From assembly GCA_964230645.1 (NCBI GenBank), contig CAXRHT010000002.1:1760001-1824000 (forward strand): a DNA stretch of 64,000 nucleotides, in the 5' to 3' direction. Below the pieces are notes generated by a model. The model worked only from the letters and a program-made list of their open reading frames with translations. It was not told the DNA's origin and did not search any database. Shown here one piece after another: positions 38,765 to 48,232 of this stretch. The DNA comes from Bdellovibrionales bacterium (GTDB taxonomy: Bacteria > Bdellovibrionota > Bdellovibrionia > Bdellovibrionales > JAGQZY01). The translations under genes were made by a program, and so were the position numbers. Position 1 is the first letter of the stretch; every line of letters starts with the position of its first letter.

Positions 38765-41146
38765 ATGTCTTACAATCACAAATCCATCGACCAAAAATGG
38801 CAAAAAGCTTGGGATGAAAAACAGGCTTTCGTCGCAGAATATCCATCAACAAAACCAAAGTACTATGCTCTTGATATGTTTCCCTATCCTTCAGGCAGTG
38901 GGCTCCATGTCGGGCATATGGCCTCCTACACCCCGACGGATGTGGTGTCGCGCTACAAAAGGCAAAAAGGCTTCAACGTTCTACACCCCATGGGTTACGA
39001 CGCTTTTGGACTTCCCGCCGAGCAATACGCCATTCAAACAGGCGTGCACCCAGCAAAAACGACCCAAAAAGCGATAGAGAACTTTCGTCGCCAGCTTAAA
39101 AGTTTTGGATTCAGTTTTGATTGGACCGCCGAAGTGGCTACCTGTGAGCCTGACTTTTACAAGTGGACACAGTTTATTTTTCTAGAGCTTTTCAAAAAAG
39201 GATTGGCCTACCAAAAAGAAGTGCCCGTCAATTGGTGTCCCGCCTTAAAAACAGTCCTTGCTAATGAAGAAGTGGTGGATGGCAAAAGTGAACGCGGTGG
39301 ACACCCCGTGGTTCGTAAACCCATGAAACAGTGGATGCTAAAAATCACCGACTACGCCGAAAGACTTCTTGAGGACCTAGCAAAAATTCAGTGGCCTCAC
39401 CGAACAAAAGAAGGTCAAAAAAATTGGATTGGAAAATCCACAGGAGCTCAAGTCTTTTTCAGTGTGGAGAATTTTGATGACCAATTCGAAATCTTTACCA
39501 CAAGGCCTGACACATTGTTTGGTGTCACTTTTATGGTTCTCTCGCCTGAGCACCCCTTGGTTTCAAAAATTACCAGCCCTCAGCAAAAAAGTGCCGTTGA
39601 AGAATACGTGAATAAAGCAGCCACAAAGTCGGAGCTCGACCGCAAGGCTAGCACCGAGAAAACGGGAGTTTTCACGGGAGCCCACGCCATTCATCCCATC
39701 AATCAAAGCCGTATTCCTATATGGATTGCCGACTATGTTTTAATGGACTATGGAACCGGAGCTATTATGGCCGTTCCAGGGCATGATGAAAGAGATTTCG
39801 AGTTTGCTGAAAAATTTGATCTACCGATTGTGCGAGTGATTGAAGGGGAAGGGGACCTCCCTTATTCAGGAGACGGTAAAGTCTGTAACTCTGACTTCCT
39901 GGATGGTCTTGAAAAAGACAAAGCCATTGCAAAAATTTGCAACCATATTGAGGAAAAAGCTCTGGGTAAGAAAACCCAAGAGTTTAAACTTCGTGACTGG
40001 CTTTTCTCAAGGCAACGCTATTGGGGCGAACCCTTCCCTGTCTACCATAAAGAGGGTGAAACTCTAGAGGTGCCTTTTGACGAATTACCGGTGGTGCTCC
40101 CAGAGGTTGCCAACTACGAACCCACTGAAGATGGGCGCCCCCCACTTTCTCAAAATAAAGATTGGGTGAAGTACAAAGGCGGTGAGAGAGAAACCGACAC
40201 GATGCCTGGCTCGGCCGGATCTTCATGGTATTTCCTACGCTATATTGATCCAAAGAACACGGAAACCTTTGCTTCCATGGAGAAACAAAAATACTGGATG
40301 CCCGTGGACCTCTACGTCGGGGGCCCTGAGCACACGGTGGGCCATCTTCTTTATTCTCGCTTTTGGCAAAAAGTTCTCTTTGATGCCGGCCTTGTTTCGA
40401 CCGATGAGCCTTTTATGAAGCTCGCTCACCAAGGCATGCTCTTAGGACTTGATGGCGAAAAAATGTCTAAGTCTCGCGGCAATGTGGTCAATCCCGATGA
40501 GGTGCGAGACGAATATGGAGCCGATGCTCTTCGCTGTTTTATTCTTTTCTTAGGCCCTATGGATCGCGACAAACCCTGGAATCCTAATGGCATTAACGGA
40601 GTTCGCAAATTTTTAGAAAGAGTGTGGCGTCTCTGTGTGGACGAGGAAGGAAATTTCCTCGGTCAGGATGAAAAGCCTTCAGAAAATCTGAATAAGATTC
40701 TTCATAAGACCACTCAGAAGGTGGGCGCTGACATAGAAAACCTTGATTTCAACACAGCCATCAGTGCTTTGATGATTTTGGTCAATGAGATGTACAAGGA
40801 AGAGAGTCGCTCAAATGAAGCCTTGGAAAAACTAGTGCTTCTCCTCGCTCCTTTTGCTCCTCATATGTGTGAAGAGATTTGGTCAAGCATGGGGAAAGAG
40901 GGCTTCGTCTCTTTAGCTCCGTGGCCAAGTTTTGACGAAAAACTGATCGAAGAGGATAGTGTCTCCATTGCCGTACAGGTGAATGGCAAAAAGCGCGGCG
41001 TGATTGACGTGACAGGTGATACAGATCAAGATCAGGCCCTCTCAGCGGCACAGGAGATTGAAGCTGTAAAAAATGCCATAGGGGATGCCACTGTTCGCAA
41101 AGTGATCTATGTTCCCGGCAAGATTTTGAATATTATTGCGAAATAG
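38765..41146 (+). CDS. leuS: Leucine--tRNA ligase
   Basis: MFPYPSG, HVGH, FTTRPDT, GTGAIMAVP, KMSKS. Confidence 0.98.
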   Translation: MSYNHKSIDQKWQKAWDEKQAFVAEYPSTKPKYYALDMFPYPSGSGLHVGHMASYTPTDVVSRYKRQKGFNVLHPMGYDAFGLPAEQYAIQTGVHPAKTTQKAIENFRRQLKSFGFSFDWTAEVATCEPDFYKWTQFIFLELFKKGLAYQKEVPVNWCPALKTVLANEEVVDGKSERGGHPVVRKPMKQWMLKITDYAERLLEDLAKIQWPHRTKEGQKNWIGKSTGAQVFFSVENFDDQFEIFTTRPDTLFGVTFMVLSPEHPLVSKITSPQQKSAVEEYVNKAATKSELDRKASTEKTGVFTGAHAIHPINQSRIPIWIADYVLMDYGTGAIMAVPGHDERDFEFAEKFDLPIVRVIEGEGDLPYSGDGKVCNSDFLDGLEKDKAIAKICNHIEEKALGKKTQEFKLRDWLFSRQRYWGEPFPVYHKEGETLEVPFDELPVVLPEVANYEPTEDGRPPLSQNKDWVKYKGGERETDTMPGSAGSSWYFLRYIDPKNTETFASMEKQKYWMPVDLYVGGPEHTVGHLLYSRFWQKVLFDAGLVSTDEPFMKLAHQGMLLGLDGEKMSKSRGNVVNPDEVRDEYGADALRCFILFLGPMDRDKPWNPNGINGVRKFLERVWRLCVDEEGNFLGQDEKPSENLNKILHKTTQKVGADIENLDFNTAISALMILVNEMYKEESRSNEALEKLVLLLAPFAPHMCEEIWSSMGKEGFVSLAPWPSFDEKLIEEDSVSIAVQVNGKKRGVIDVTGDTDQDQALSAAQEIEAVKNAIGDATVRKVIYVPGKILNIIAK

Positions 41147-41158
41147 GATTGAATGCGA

Positions 41159-43069
41159 ATGTCTGATTGGAATCTGGAAAAGGCAAAAGAAATCTACGGT
41201 ATCGACACCTGGGGAAACGGTTACTTCGAAGTGAACGACGCCGGAAATGTCATCGTCTGCCCTCAAGGCAAAGAAAACCCCCACGTGGATCTTCTTGAGC
41301 TGACCGAAGAGTTACAGGAGCGAGGCATTCGCTGTCCTATGCTCATCCGGTTTCCTGACATCACCCATGAGAGAATTAAGCTTCTTAATCAGTGCTTTAA
41401 AACGGCCATTGATACTTATGAATATAAAGGTTCCTACCAAGGTGTTTACCCTATCAAGGTCAATCAACAACGACATTTGATCGAAGAGATTGTTGAGCTT
41501 GGCGAGCAGTACAATCTTGGACTGGAGTGCGGGAGTAAGCCTGAGCTTCTTATCGTTTTAGCCATGGTTAAGAATCCCCAGGCCTTGATCCTTTGTAATG
41601 GCTTTAAAGATCAAGAGTATATTGAAACAGCCCTTCTTTCTCGCAAACTGGGACGAAATACCATTATCGTAGTGGAACGTTTAGAAGAGCTTGAAATGAT
41701 CATGAAGGCTTCTAAGAAGTTTAATGTGAAACCTAAAATTGGTCTTCGAGCAAAGCTGCAATCAAAGGCGTCGGGCCGCTGGGTGGATTCTGCCGGGGCT
41801 CGCTCTAAATTTGGCCTAACCACCTCTGAGATCTTTCAAGCCTTTGAAATTTTGAAAAAAGAAAATCGCCTCGACACTTTAGACTTGGTCCACTTTCATA
41901 TTGGCTCGCAAGTTCCTTCCATCAGCACGATCAAAAACTCTCTTAAAGAAGGAGCCCAGGTCTATTCTGAGCTTGTGCGCTTAGGAGCCAATCCCACTTA
42001 TCTTGATGTGGGCGGTGGCCTTGGGGTTGATTACGACGGCTCTGGAATCACTGATTCTTCGGTTAATTATAAAGTACAAGAGTATGCCAATGATGTTGTC
42101 TCCATCGTGCAAGGAGTTTGTGAGGAAAAGTCGGTGACAATGCCTACACTTGTTACTGAAGCGGGGCGCTCTTTGGTCGCCTATCACAGTGTCCTTGTCT
42201 TTGATGTTATGGGAATGAATCGGGTGGAGATGGACACGCCCCCTCCGGCTGTGAACAACCAAGAGCACAAAGTATTAAGAGAACTTAAAGATATTTACGA
42301 AACTCTTGATCATAATAACGCCAACGAGTTCTTTCATGACTTAATGGATATTCACGAAAACTCCTTACAACTTTTTACCTTTGGAATTTTGTCTCTGGCC
42401 GAGAAAGCAAAAATTGAGCAGTACTACTGGTCAATTTGCACTCGTATGTGCAAACTTGTGGAAAACAGCAAAGAGCATATTGATCTTTACGAAGAGTTGA
42501 AAAAGCTTTTGTCTGATACCTACTTTTGTAATTTCTCCGTTTTTCAATCTCTGCCAGACTCATGGGCTGTGGGCCATATGTTTCCGGTCATCCCCTTGCA
42601 CCATCTTGAGAAAAAGCCTACGCGAGAGGTCACCCTTGTGGACTTAACCTGTGATTCCGATGGAAAGATTGCAAGCTTTATTGATGTAGAAGCCGGCGAG
42701 CCTCGTAACACCTTGCCTCTTTATGGCTACCAGGCAAATAAGCCCTATTATCTAGGAGTTTTTCTGGTGGGTGCTTACCAGGAGATTCTCGGTGATCTGC
42801 ACAACCTATTTGGAGACACTGATGCCGTTCATGTTTCCATCAATGAAAATGGCTACCATGTGGATGATGTGGTCGAGGGCGACACAGTCGGTGAAGTTCT
42901 CTCTTATGTGCAATACAATCTTGAAAAGCTGACCGGCAATATTCGTAAGGCCGCTGAGCATAGTATTGTTGAGGGCCGAATGAGTAAGATTGAAGCCCGC
43001 ACCCTCATGCGCTACTACCAGGATGGACTGGCTGGCTACACTTACCTCGAAGAGCCTGATTCCGAATAG
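41159..43069 (+). CDS. speA: Biosynthetic arginine decarboxylase
   Basis: YPIKVNQ, GLECGSKPEL, HFHIGSQ, DVGGGLG, DLTCDSDG, GAYQEILG. Confidence 0.97.
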   Translation: MSDWNLEKAKEIYGIDTWGNGYFEVNDAGNVIVCPQGKENPHVDLLELTEELQERGIRCPMLIRFPDITHERIKLLNQCFKTAIDTYEYKGSYQGVYPIKVNQQRHLIEEIVELGEQYNLGLECGSKPELLIVLAMVKNPQALILCNGFKDQEYIETALLSRKLGRNTIIVVERLEELEMIMKASKKFNVKPKIGLRAKLQSKASGRWVDSAGARSKFGLTTSEIFQAFEILKKENRLDTLDLVHFHIGSQVPSISTIKNSLKEGAQVYSELVRLGANPTYLDVGGGLGVDYDGSGITDSSVNYKVQEYANDVVSIVQGVCEEKSVTMPTLVTEAGRSLVAYHSVLVFDVMGMNRVEMDTPPPAVNNQEHKVLRELKDIYETLDHNNANEFFHDLMDIHENSLQLFTFGILSLAEKAKIEQYYWSICTRMCKLVENSKEHIDLYEELKKLLSDTYFCNFSVFQSLPDSWAVGHMFPVIPLHHLEKKPTREVTLVDLTCDSDGKIASFIDVEAGEPRNTLPLYGYQANKPYYLGVFLVGAYQEILGDLHNLFGDTDAVHVSINENGYHVDDVVEGDTVGEVLSYVQYNLEKLTGNIRKAAEHSIVEGRMSKIEARTLMRYYQDGLAGYTYLEEPDSE

Positions 43070-43091
43070 TTCGTTTCATTTTAAGATTCTC

Positions 43092-43118
43092 TCATCTTTT
43101 TGCCATACAAACCGATAG
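43092..43118 (+). promoter_or_regulatory. Putative sigma28 promoter
   Basis: TCAT-N15-ACCGATAG, 9 nt before ATG 43128. Confidence 0.45.
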
Positions 43119-43127
43119 GCCTTTTGT

Positions 43128-43973
43128 ATGGGGTTGAAACAAATCAATAACAACAGTGGTTTCTCATTAATTTCGGTCATAGTCGCCGCGGCCGTGGGAA
43201 TGATCGTCGTAGGGGCCATTTCAAAAGTGATCATTTCCCAAAGTGAGCAAGTGGCCTACTTGGAAGATCGGCTTTCAAAAACCAATTTAAAAGGCACTCT
43301 ACAAAATCTTCTTACTCCCCTCGCCTGCCAAAATACATTCAGAGGTCAGAGCGTTCCTAGCACTCCCCGAACCATCACAGAGCTTCGAGACGCTGACAAC
43401 AACATCGTTTATCAAATCCCTCTTCCTGGTGGTGGTTTACCTGATTTTGAAAAGTTAGAAATTGAGCGCATGGAACTGCACAATATCGATTTGCCCAATG
43501 CGGCTGATGCTTCTGGAAAAATGAAATTTGTGGTTTTCACAGAAAGAGTTCGCAGCAAAGGGGCGAAACTCAATCCCATCGAAATTGATCTGGATGTGGC
43601 CACTGATTCTACTAGTTTAATCAATGACTGTTCCCAATCAGGAGGACCTCTGACTCTCAACCCAGGTGAAATGCCCTGTATTATGGCGATTACCACTAAT
43701 ACTGGCGGCGCGCCTCCTCCGCCTGGAGCCCCATCGGGCTTAGCGAGTCGCATGAAGGCGAACTACACCGATAACTTGGAAATTTTCCCCCATGGACAAA
43801 GAGACATCGTTGATTACTCCTTTGGGCCTTACACCTCTTATTGCTGGGGTGAAGTGGAACGAGTGTATCGAGACACCTACCGCTGTAATAACAAACAACT
43901 TATTCGAACCTCTCACACCTACACAGGTGATAACGTCTTTGTTAGCTACGATTTAAGTCCCTGCGGCCCCTAG
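43128..43973 (+). CDS. Prepilin-type (type IV pilin/pseudopilin-like) protein
   Basis: NSG|FSLISVIVAAAVGMIV class III signal; paired Cys in the C-terminal domains. Confidence 0.8.
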   Translation: MGLKQINNNSGFSLISVIVAAAVGMIVVGAISKVIISQSEQVAYLEDRLSKTNLKGTLQNLLTPLACQNTFRGQSVPSTPRTITELRDADNNIVYQIPLPGGGLPDFEKLEIERMELHNIDLPNAADASGKMKFVVFTERVRSKGAKLNPIEIDLDVATDSTSLINDCSQSGGPLTLNPGEMPCIMAITTNTGGAPPPPGAPSGLASRMKANYTDNLEIFPHGQRDIVDYSFGPYTSYCWGEVERVYRDTYRCNNKQLIRTSHTYTGDNVFVSYDLSPCGP

Positions 43974-44141
43974 GTGAGAACTAAAAGACCATAAACTCCG
44001 TTTGAAATCCTATCCGCAACCTTACTGTTCAGTTTTTAGACTCTAGAAATCAGTCGCTTGTGCAATTTTTACCCTATTGGTTTCGAAACACTCTCCAAAG
44101 CCTTATCTTAGCTCCACACGAACAATAAAGGAGCCTTGCCA

Positions 44142-44510
44142 ATGTTAAAATTTATTATCGCAATAGGAATGACATTCGGTTTATCTAATTTTGCCCAAGC
44201 AGGAGTCACTGAAGCTCTTGGCGGTCAAACAGTTGAATGCAGCAACGAAGTTGGAGAAAACGAAGCTTTTGTAACAGCCACTTATTTTGAGCATGTTATT
44301 GGAGACAAGATAACAGTGCGATTTCTAAAGTCCTTGTCCATCGAGACCGAAGGTGAAGACGTTTATTCTAAGTCATTCTTCAGACCTCGATATGTAGGCC
44401 CTGAAGCAAAGGACCTCGGCGATGGAATGAGTATTTCTATTTATTCTTTAGGAGCCACGGTCAATTATCAAGGTCAAGAATACGAACTCAACTGCTCAGT
44501 GAGCCAATAA
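44142..44510 (+). CDS. Small hypothetical secreted protein
   Basis: AAGGAG SD, signal peptide ending AQA, two Cys. Confidence 0.75.
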   Translation: MLKFIIAIGMTFGLSNFAQAGVTEALGGQTVECSNEVGENEAFVTATYFEHVIGDKITVRFLKSLSIETEGEDVYSKSFFRPRYVGPEAKDLGDGMSISIYSLGATVNYQGQEYELNCSVSQ

Positions 44511-44521
44511 AACCAAACTCT

Positions 44522-44551
44522 AGGGCTTGGGGTTCATCCTTAGCCCTTTTT
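44522..44551 (+). terminator. Intrinsic terminator
   Basis: AGGGCT...AGCCCT stem followed by a T-run. Confidence 0.65.
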
Positions 44552-44638
44552 GCTTTTCTCTTTCAATAAAAGTCTCCACAGACAGACCCTGCTGTTGTAA
44601 ACTGTTGATCATTCTAAACACAATGCAGGAACTCTTCT

Positions 44639-45247
44639 ATGTTGAAAATCTTCGTTGATACCGTTCGCAAACTCTATGAATGGACTCTACGCTGGGCCAA
44701 GCACCCTCAAGCCACAAAAGCTCTTTCGTTTCTCTCTTTTCTCGAAGCCTCCATGTTTCCTCTTCCCGTAGATCCCTTGTTACTTGCTATGGGCTTTTCT
44801 AAACCCAAAAGTAGTTTCTACTACGCCTTTCTGACTACCTTATTCTCAGTGCTTGGAGCTGTTGGCGGTTACTTTATTGGAGTCTATGCCTGGTCAGCTC
44901 TCTCCCCTCTCTTTTTTGAGTTTATATTTTCTGAGGAGACTTTTCTTAAAGTGACCTCACGAATGAATAGCGAGGATGCTACTTTTGTTTCCCTTTTCAT
45001 TGCAGGCTTTAGCCCCATCCCCTTTAAAATTTTCACGATCTCAGCGGGAGTCGTAGCCGCTCCCTTAACCCCTTTCGTGCTAGCCTCTATTCTTTCACGA
45101 GGTCTGCGTTATTTTATTCTGGGGGGCATCATCTATTTTATGGGGCCTAAGGCTCAAATTTGGATTGAAACACACTTTGAAAAGATGACGATCGCCGTTT
45201 CTGTCCTTTTGATCTTAACCCTTGTGCTGATGAAATTCCTATTCTAG
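44639..45247 (+). CDS. DedA/YqaA family membrane protein
   Basis: SFLEASMFPLPVD, SVLGAVGGYFIG, FSPIPFKIF, SRGLRY. Confidence 0.92.
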   Translation: MLKIFVDTVRKLYEWTLRWAKHPQATKALSFLSFLEASMFPLPVDPLLLAMGFSKPKSSFYYAFLTTLFSVLGAVGGYFIGVYAWSALSPLFFEFIFSEETFLKVTSRMNSEDATFVSLFIAGFSPIPFKIFTISAGVVAAPLTPFVLASILSRGLRYFILGGIIYFMGPKAQIWIETHFEKMTIAVSVLLILTLVLMKFLF

Positions 45248-45256
45248 AAATAAGTT

Positions 45257-46288
45257 ATGGAATTTGACCCTAATAAAACTGGCACTAAAAACTCTGGGCT
45301 CTTTGCCCTGCCCTTTACTGAAGAGGAATCTGACCTTGTTTTACTCCCAGTTCCTTGGGAGGTAACGACCTCCTATGGCCATGGGTGCTCTCTCGGGCCC
45401 GATGGTATTTTTGCGGCCAGTAAACAGTTGGATGTTTGTGATTCTCTGTATGGAGATTTTTACCAGAGGGGCATCTTTCAAAGACCAACGAATATGGAGT
45501 GGCTCAATCGATCCAAGCTCTTAAAGGAAAAAGCTCTCGACCTAAGAGACAAGATTGAAAATGAGGCCGAGTTCGACCACGAAGACCGAAAAGCTCAAAA
45601 TGAGATTAACGAAGCCTCTATCGAACTCAATCAATGGGTGTATGAAGAGTCTAAAAAGCTGCTGGAACAAAAAAAATGCCCCGCTGTTATTGGAGGCGAT
45701 CATTCCGCTCCTTTTGGTCTTATTAAAGCTTTAAAAGAAAAATACTCGAATCTTAGTATTTTACATATTGATGCTCACCTGGATTTAAGAAAGTCTTATC
45801 AGGACTACCCCTTCTCACACGCCTCTATTATGCGAAACGTTTATGAGGAGCTCAGTCCTGAGAGTATAGTAAGTTTTGGTATTCGTGATTTTTGCCCGGA
45901 AGAAAGGGATTTCGTAAGAGCTCAAGAAAATCTTTATTGCTACTACGACTCTCAAGTTTCCCTTCGATTGTCTCAGGGCCAAGCCTGGACAGATATTGTT
46001 GATGAAGCGCTCGATGTTCTCAGTGAAAACGTTTACATTTCTTTTGATATTGATGGCTTACAGCCAGATCTCTGCCCCCACACAGGCACTCCTGTTCCTG
46101 GAGGCTTGAGCTTTTCTCAGGCGGAAATTCTTCTCTATCAACTCTCCCAATCCTCAAAAAATATTGTGGGATTTGATCTCTGCGAGGTCGCCCCTGAATC
46201 TCAATACGATTTAGAAGGATGGGACACGAATGTGGGTGCGAGAGTCTTATTTAAACTCGCCGGGGCACTCCTCTATCAAGATTTCTAA
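45257..46288 (+). CDS. speB: Agmatinase (ureohydrolase family)
   Basis: GGDH, DAHLD, SFDIDGL, TGTPVPGG; close to speA. Confidence 0.88.
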   Translation: MEFDPNKTGTKNSGLFALPFTEEESDLVLLPVPWEVTTSYGHGCSLGPDGIFAASKQLDVCDSLYGDFYQRGIFQRPTNMEWLNRSKLLKEKALDLRDKIENEAEFDHEDRKAQNEINEASIELNQWVYEESKKLLEQKKCPAVIGGDHSAPFGLIKALKEKYSNLSILHIDAHLDLRKSYQDYPFSHASIMRNVYEELSPESIVSFGIRDFCPEERDFVRAQENLYCYYDSQVSLRLSQGQAWTDIVDEALDVLSENVYISFDIDGLQPDLCPHTGTPVPGGLSFSQAEILLYQLSQSSKNIVGFDLCEVAPESQYDLEGWDTNVGARVLFKLAGALLYQDF

Positions 46289-46382
46289 CCTTTCCAGGTT
46301 CATATTACTTTTTTAATGACCCGCTCCGATATATCAGCTATAGACCGTGAAAATAACGAAATTTCAGGTAAGAGGGATAATT

Positions 46383-46814
46383 GTGGGATTTGTGAAAGAA
46401 TTTAAAGAATTCGCTTTAAAGGGAAACGTCGTCGACCTGGCTGTGGCATTTATTATTGGAGCTGCTTTCAAAAAAATAGTTTCCTCTCTGGTGGAGGATG
46501 TCATAATGCCACCGATAGGTCTTGCGGTTGGTGGAGTCAGCTTCGATCAGCTTTATACGGCATTAGATGGAAAGACTTATGAAAATCTTGCTACAGCAAT
46601 TAAGGCAGGAGCTCCGATAATTAAATATGGTATTTTCATTCAAACCGTTATCGATTTTATCATTGTTGCCTTTGTTGTTTTCCTCATGGTTAAAATGATC
46701 AATCGAATGCAAGAGTTGCGAAAAAAACGGGAAGAAGATCCGGCCTCTCCGGTATCTCCCCCAGAAGATATTCTACTCCTCAGGGAAATTCGAGACAGTT
46801 TGAATAAAAGTTAG
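46383..46814 (+). CDS. mscL: Large-conductance mechanosensitive channel
   Basis: [27 protein letters not shown]. Confidence 0.96.
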   Translation: MGFVKEFKEFALKGNVVDLAVAFIIGAAFKKIVSSLVEDVIMPPIGLAVGGVSFDQLYTALDGKTYENLATAIKAGAPIIKYGIFIQTVIDFIIVAFVVFLMVKMINRMQELRKKREEDPASPVSPPEDILLLREIRDSLNKS

Positions 46815-46988
46815 GTCGTTTCTTCCTCTGTCGAAACCAAGCGGATGTAGATTTCTTCACAACTTTTAGACCTTTTGCATTAAAAGATGACCTGAATCTA
46901 TTGCCAGCTTAAGTTTCTACCTCCATTTTAACAAACCAATCACTCAATAAGCTCCATGCAAGTGGGCTCCACATGGGAAGGAATATTT

Positions 46989-47792
46989 ATGATTCACGTG
47001 ATTTTAGCATTTCTATTGGTCGGTTTCTCTTCATTCGCGGTGGCCGCTGATGAAGAAAAGCCAGGCTTAACAAACGAAACCCAACTAGGTTACGTCGTTG
47101 TCGGTGGTAACGCCCAATCAGAGACGACAAGTGTGAAACACCTTACAAAATACAATTGGGAATTTGATACCTTAAAGTTTACCGGTCACTACATTCAATC
47201 CAGTGGTTTGGTCGACGCTCCCACACCGACCAACCCCGATGCTGAGGAAGAGAGAACAACAGCCGAGAACTGGGCGGCCACGGCTCGTTACGAGCGCGTT
47301 ATCACTCCAAAGTGGTTTAAAACATTTGTGGCGCATGGTTGGTACGGCGATCGCTTCCAAGGTGTGCGCGAAGGTAACTCTACAGACATTGGTGCTAAAT
47401 ATTACACCGCTAACTCAGAAAAACTAAAACAGTTCTTCGAACTTGGTTACAGGTACACTCGAGAACTTTTGACAACAGACCCTCCACCGAACGAGGAAGT
47501 CGGAGTGGGAAATCGTATTATGCCTGAGTATCATTATGCTCGTATCTACGCACAAATCGACTACACCTATAGTAAGTCCTTTTCTTTTGGCGCATGGATT
47601 GAATATCTTCCTAGTGTGGTTAACTTTGCTGAAGATCAAAGGATTAACTACAGTCCTTACTTAACTTCTATTCTGACAGATATCTTCTCATTAAAAATTT
47701 CCTATGAAGGTCGTTATCGTTATAAACCAGCTGTCGTTGGTAACGAATTAACCGATTACACCTTCACAACGGCTCTGGTGGCTAGCTTTTAG
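46989..47792 (+). CDS. DUF481-family outer-membrane beta-barrel
   Basis: Signal peptide, LGYVVVGGNAQSET, DRFQG, terminal ALVASF. Confidence 0.8.
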   Translation: MIHVILAFLLVGFSSFAVAADEEKPGLTNETQLGYVVVGGNAQSETTSVKHLTKYNWEFDTLKFTGHYIQSSGLVDAPTPTNPDAEEERTTAENWAATARYERVITPKWFKTFVAHGWYGDRFQGVREGNSTDIGAKYYTANSEKLKQFFELGYRYTRELLTTDPPPNEEVGVGNRIMPEYHYARIYAQIDYTYSKSFSFGAWIEYLPSVVNFAEDQRINYSPYLTSILTDIFSLKISYEGRYRYKPAVVGNELTDYTFTTALVASF

Positions 47793-48232
47793 TGAGCACT
47801 GATAGCGAGTCGCCCTGGTGGGCCAAAGGAATTCGGTTCGAGTGTCAGGGCTCGGGCCGATGTTGCGTTTCTAGAAATGGCTATGGTTATGTTTACCTCA
47901 CCAAAGAAGATCGCATCCGCATGGCTGAGGCTCTTAATCTAACCACTACCCAATTCACCAAACAATACTGCCAAAAAGAAGATGGTATTTACCATTTAGT
48001 GGATGGAAAAAAGGGAGAGTGCTTTTTCCTTAAAGGAAAACAGTGTGGAATCTATGAGGCTCGCCCCACACAATGCCGTACCTGGCCTTTTTGGCCTGAG
48101 GTGATGGACGCTAAAGTTTGGAACGAAGAGGTGGCAAGTTTTTGCCCGGGCGTTGGCAAAGGAAAACTCTGGAAACAAAAAGAAATTTCTGAGATTTTAG
48201 AACACCAGGAAGAGTCCGAGGAAAACTACTGA
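47792..48232 (+). CDS. YkgJ-family cysteine cluster protein
   Basis: FECQGSGRCC, CFFL, CGIYEARPTQCRTWPFW, CPG. Confidence 0.9.
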   Translation: MSTDSESPWWAKGIRFECQGSGRCCVSRNGYGYVYLTKEDRIRMAEALNLTTTQFTKQYCQKEDGIYHLVDGKKGECFFLKGKQCGIYEARPTQCRTWPFWPEVMDAKVWNEEVASFCPGVGKGKLWKQKEISEILEHQEESEENY

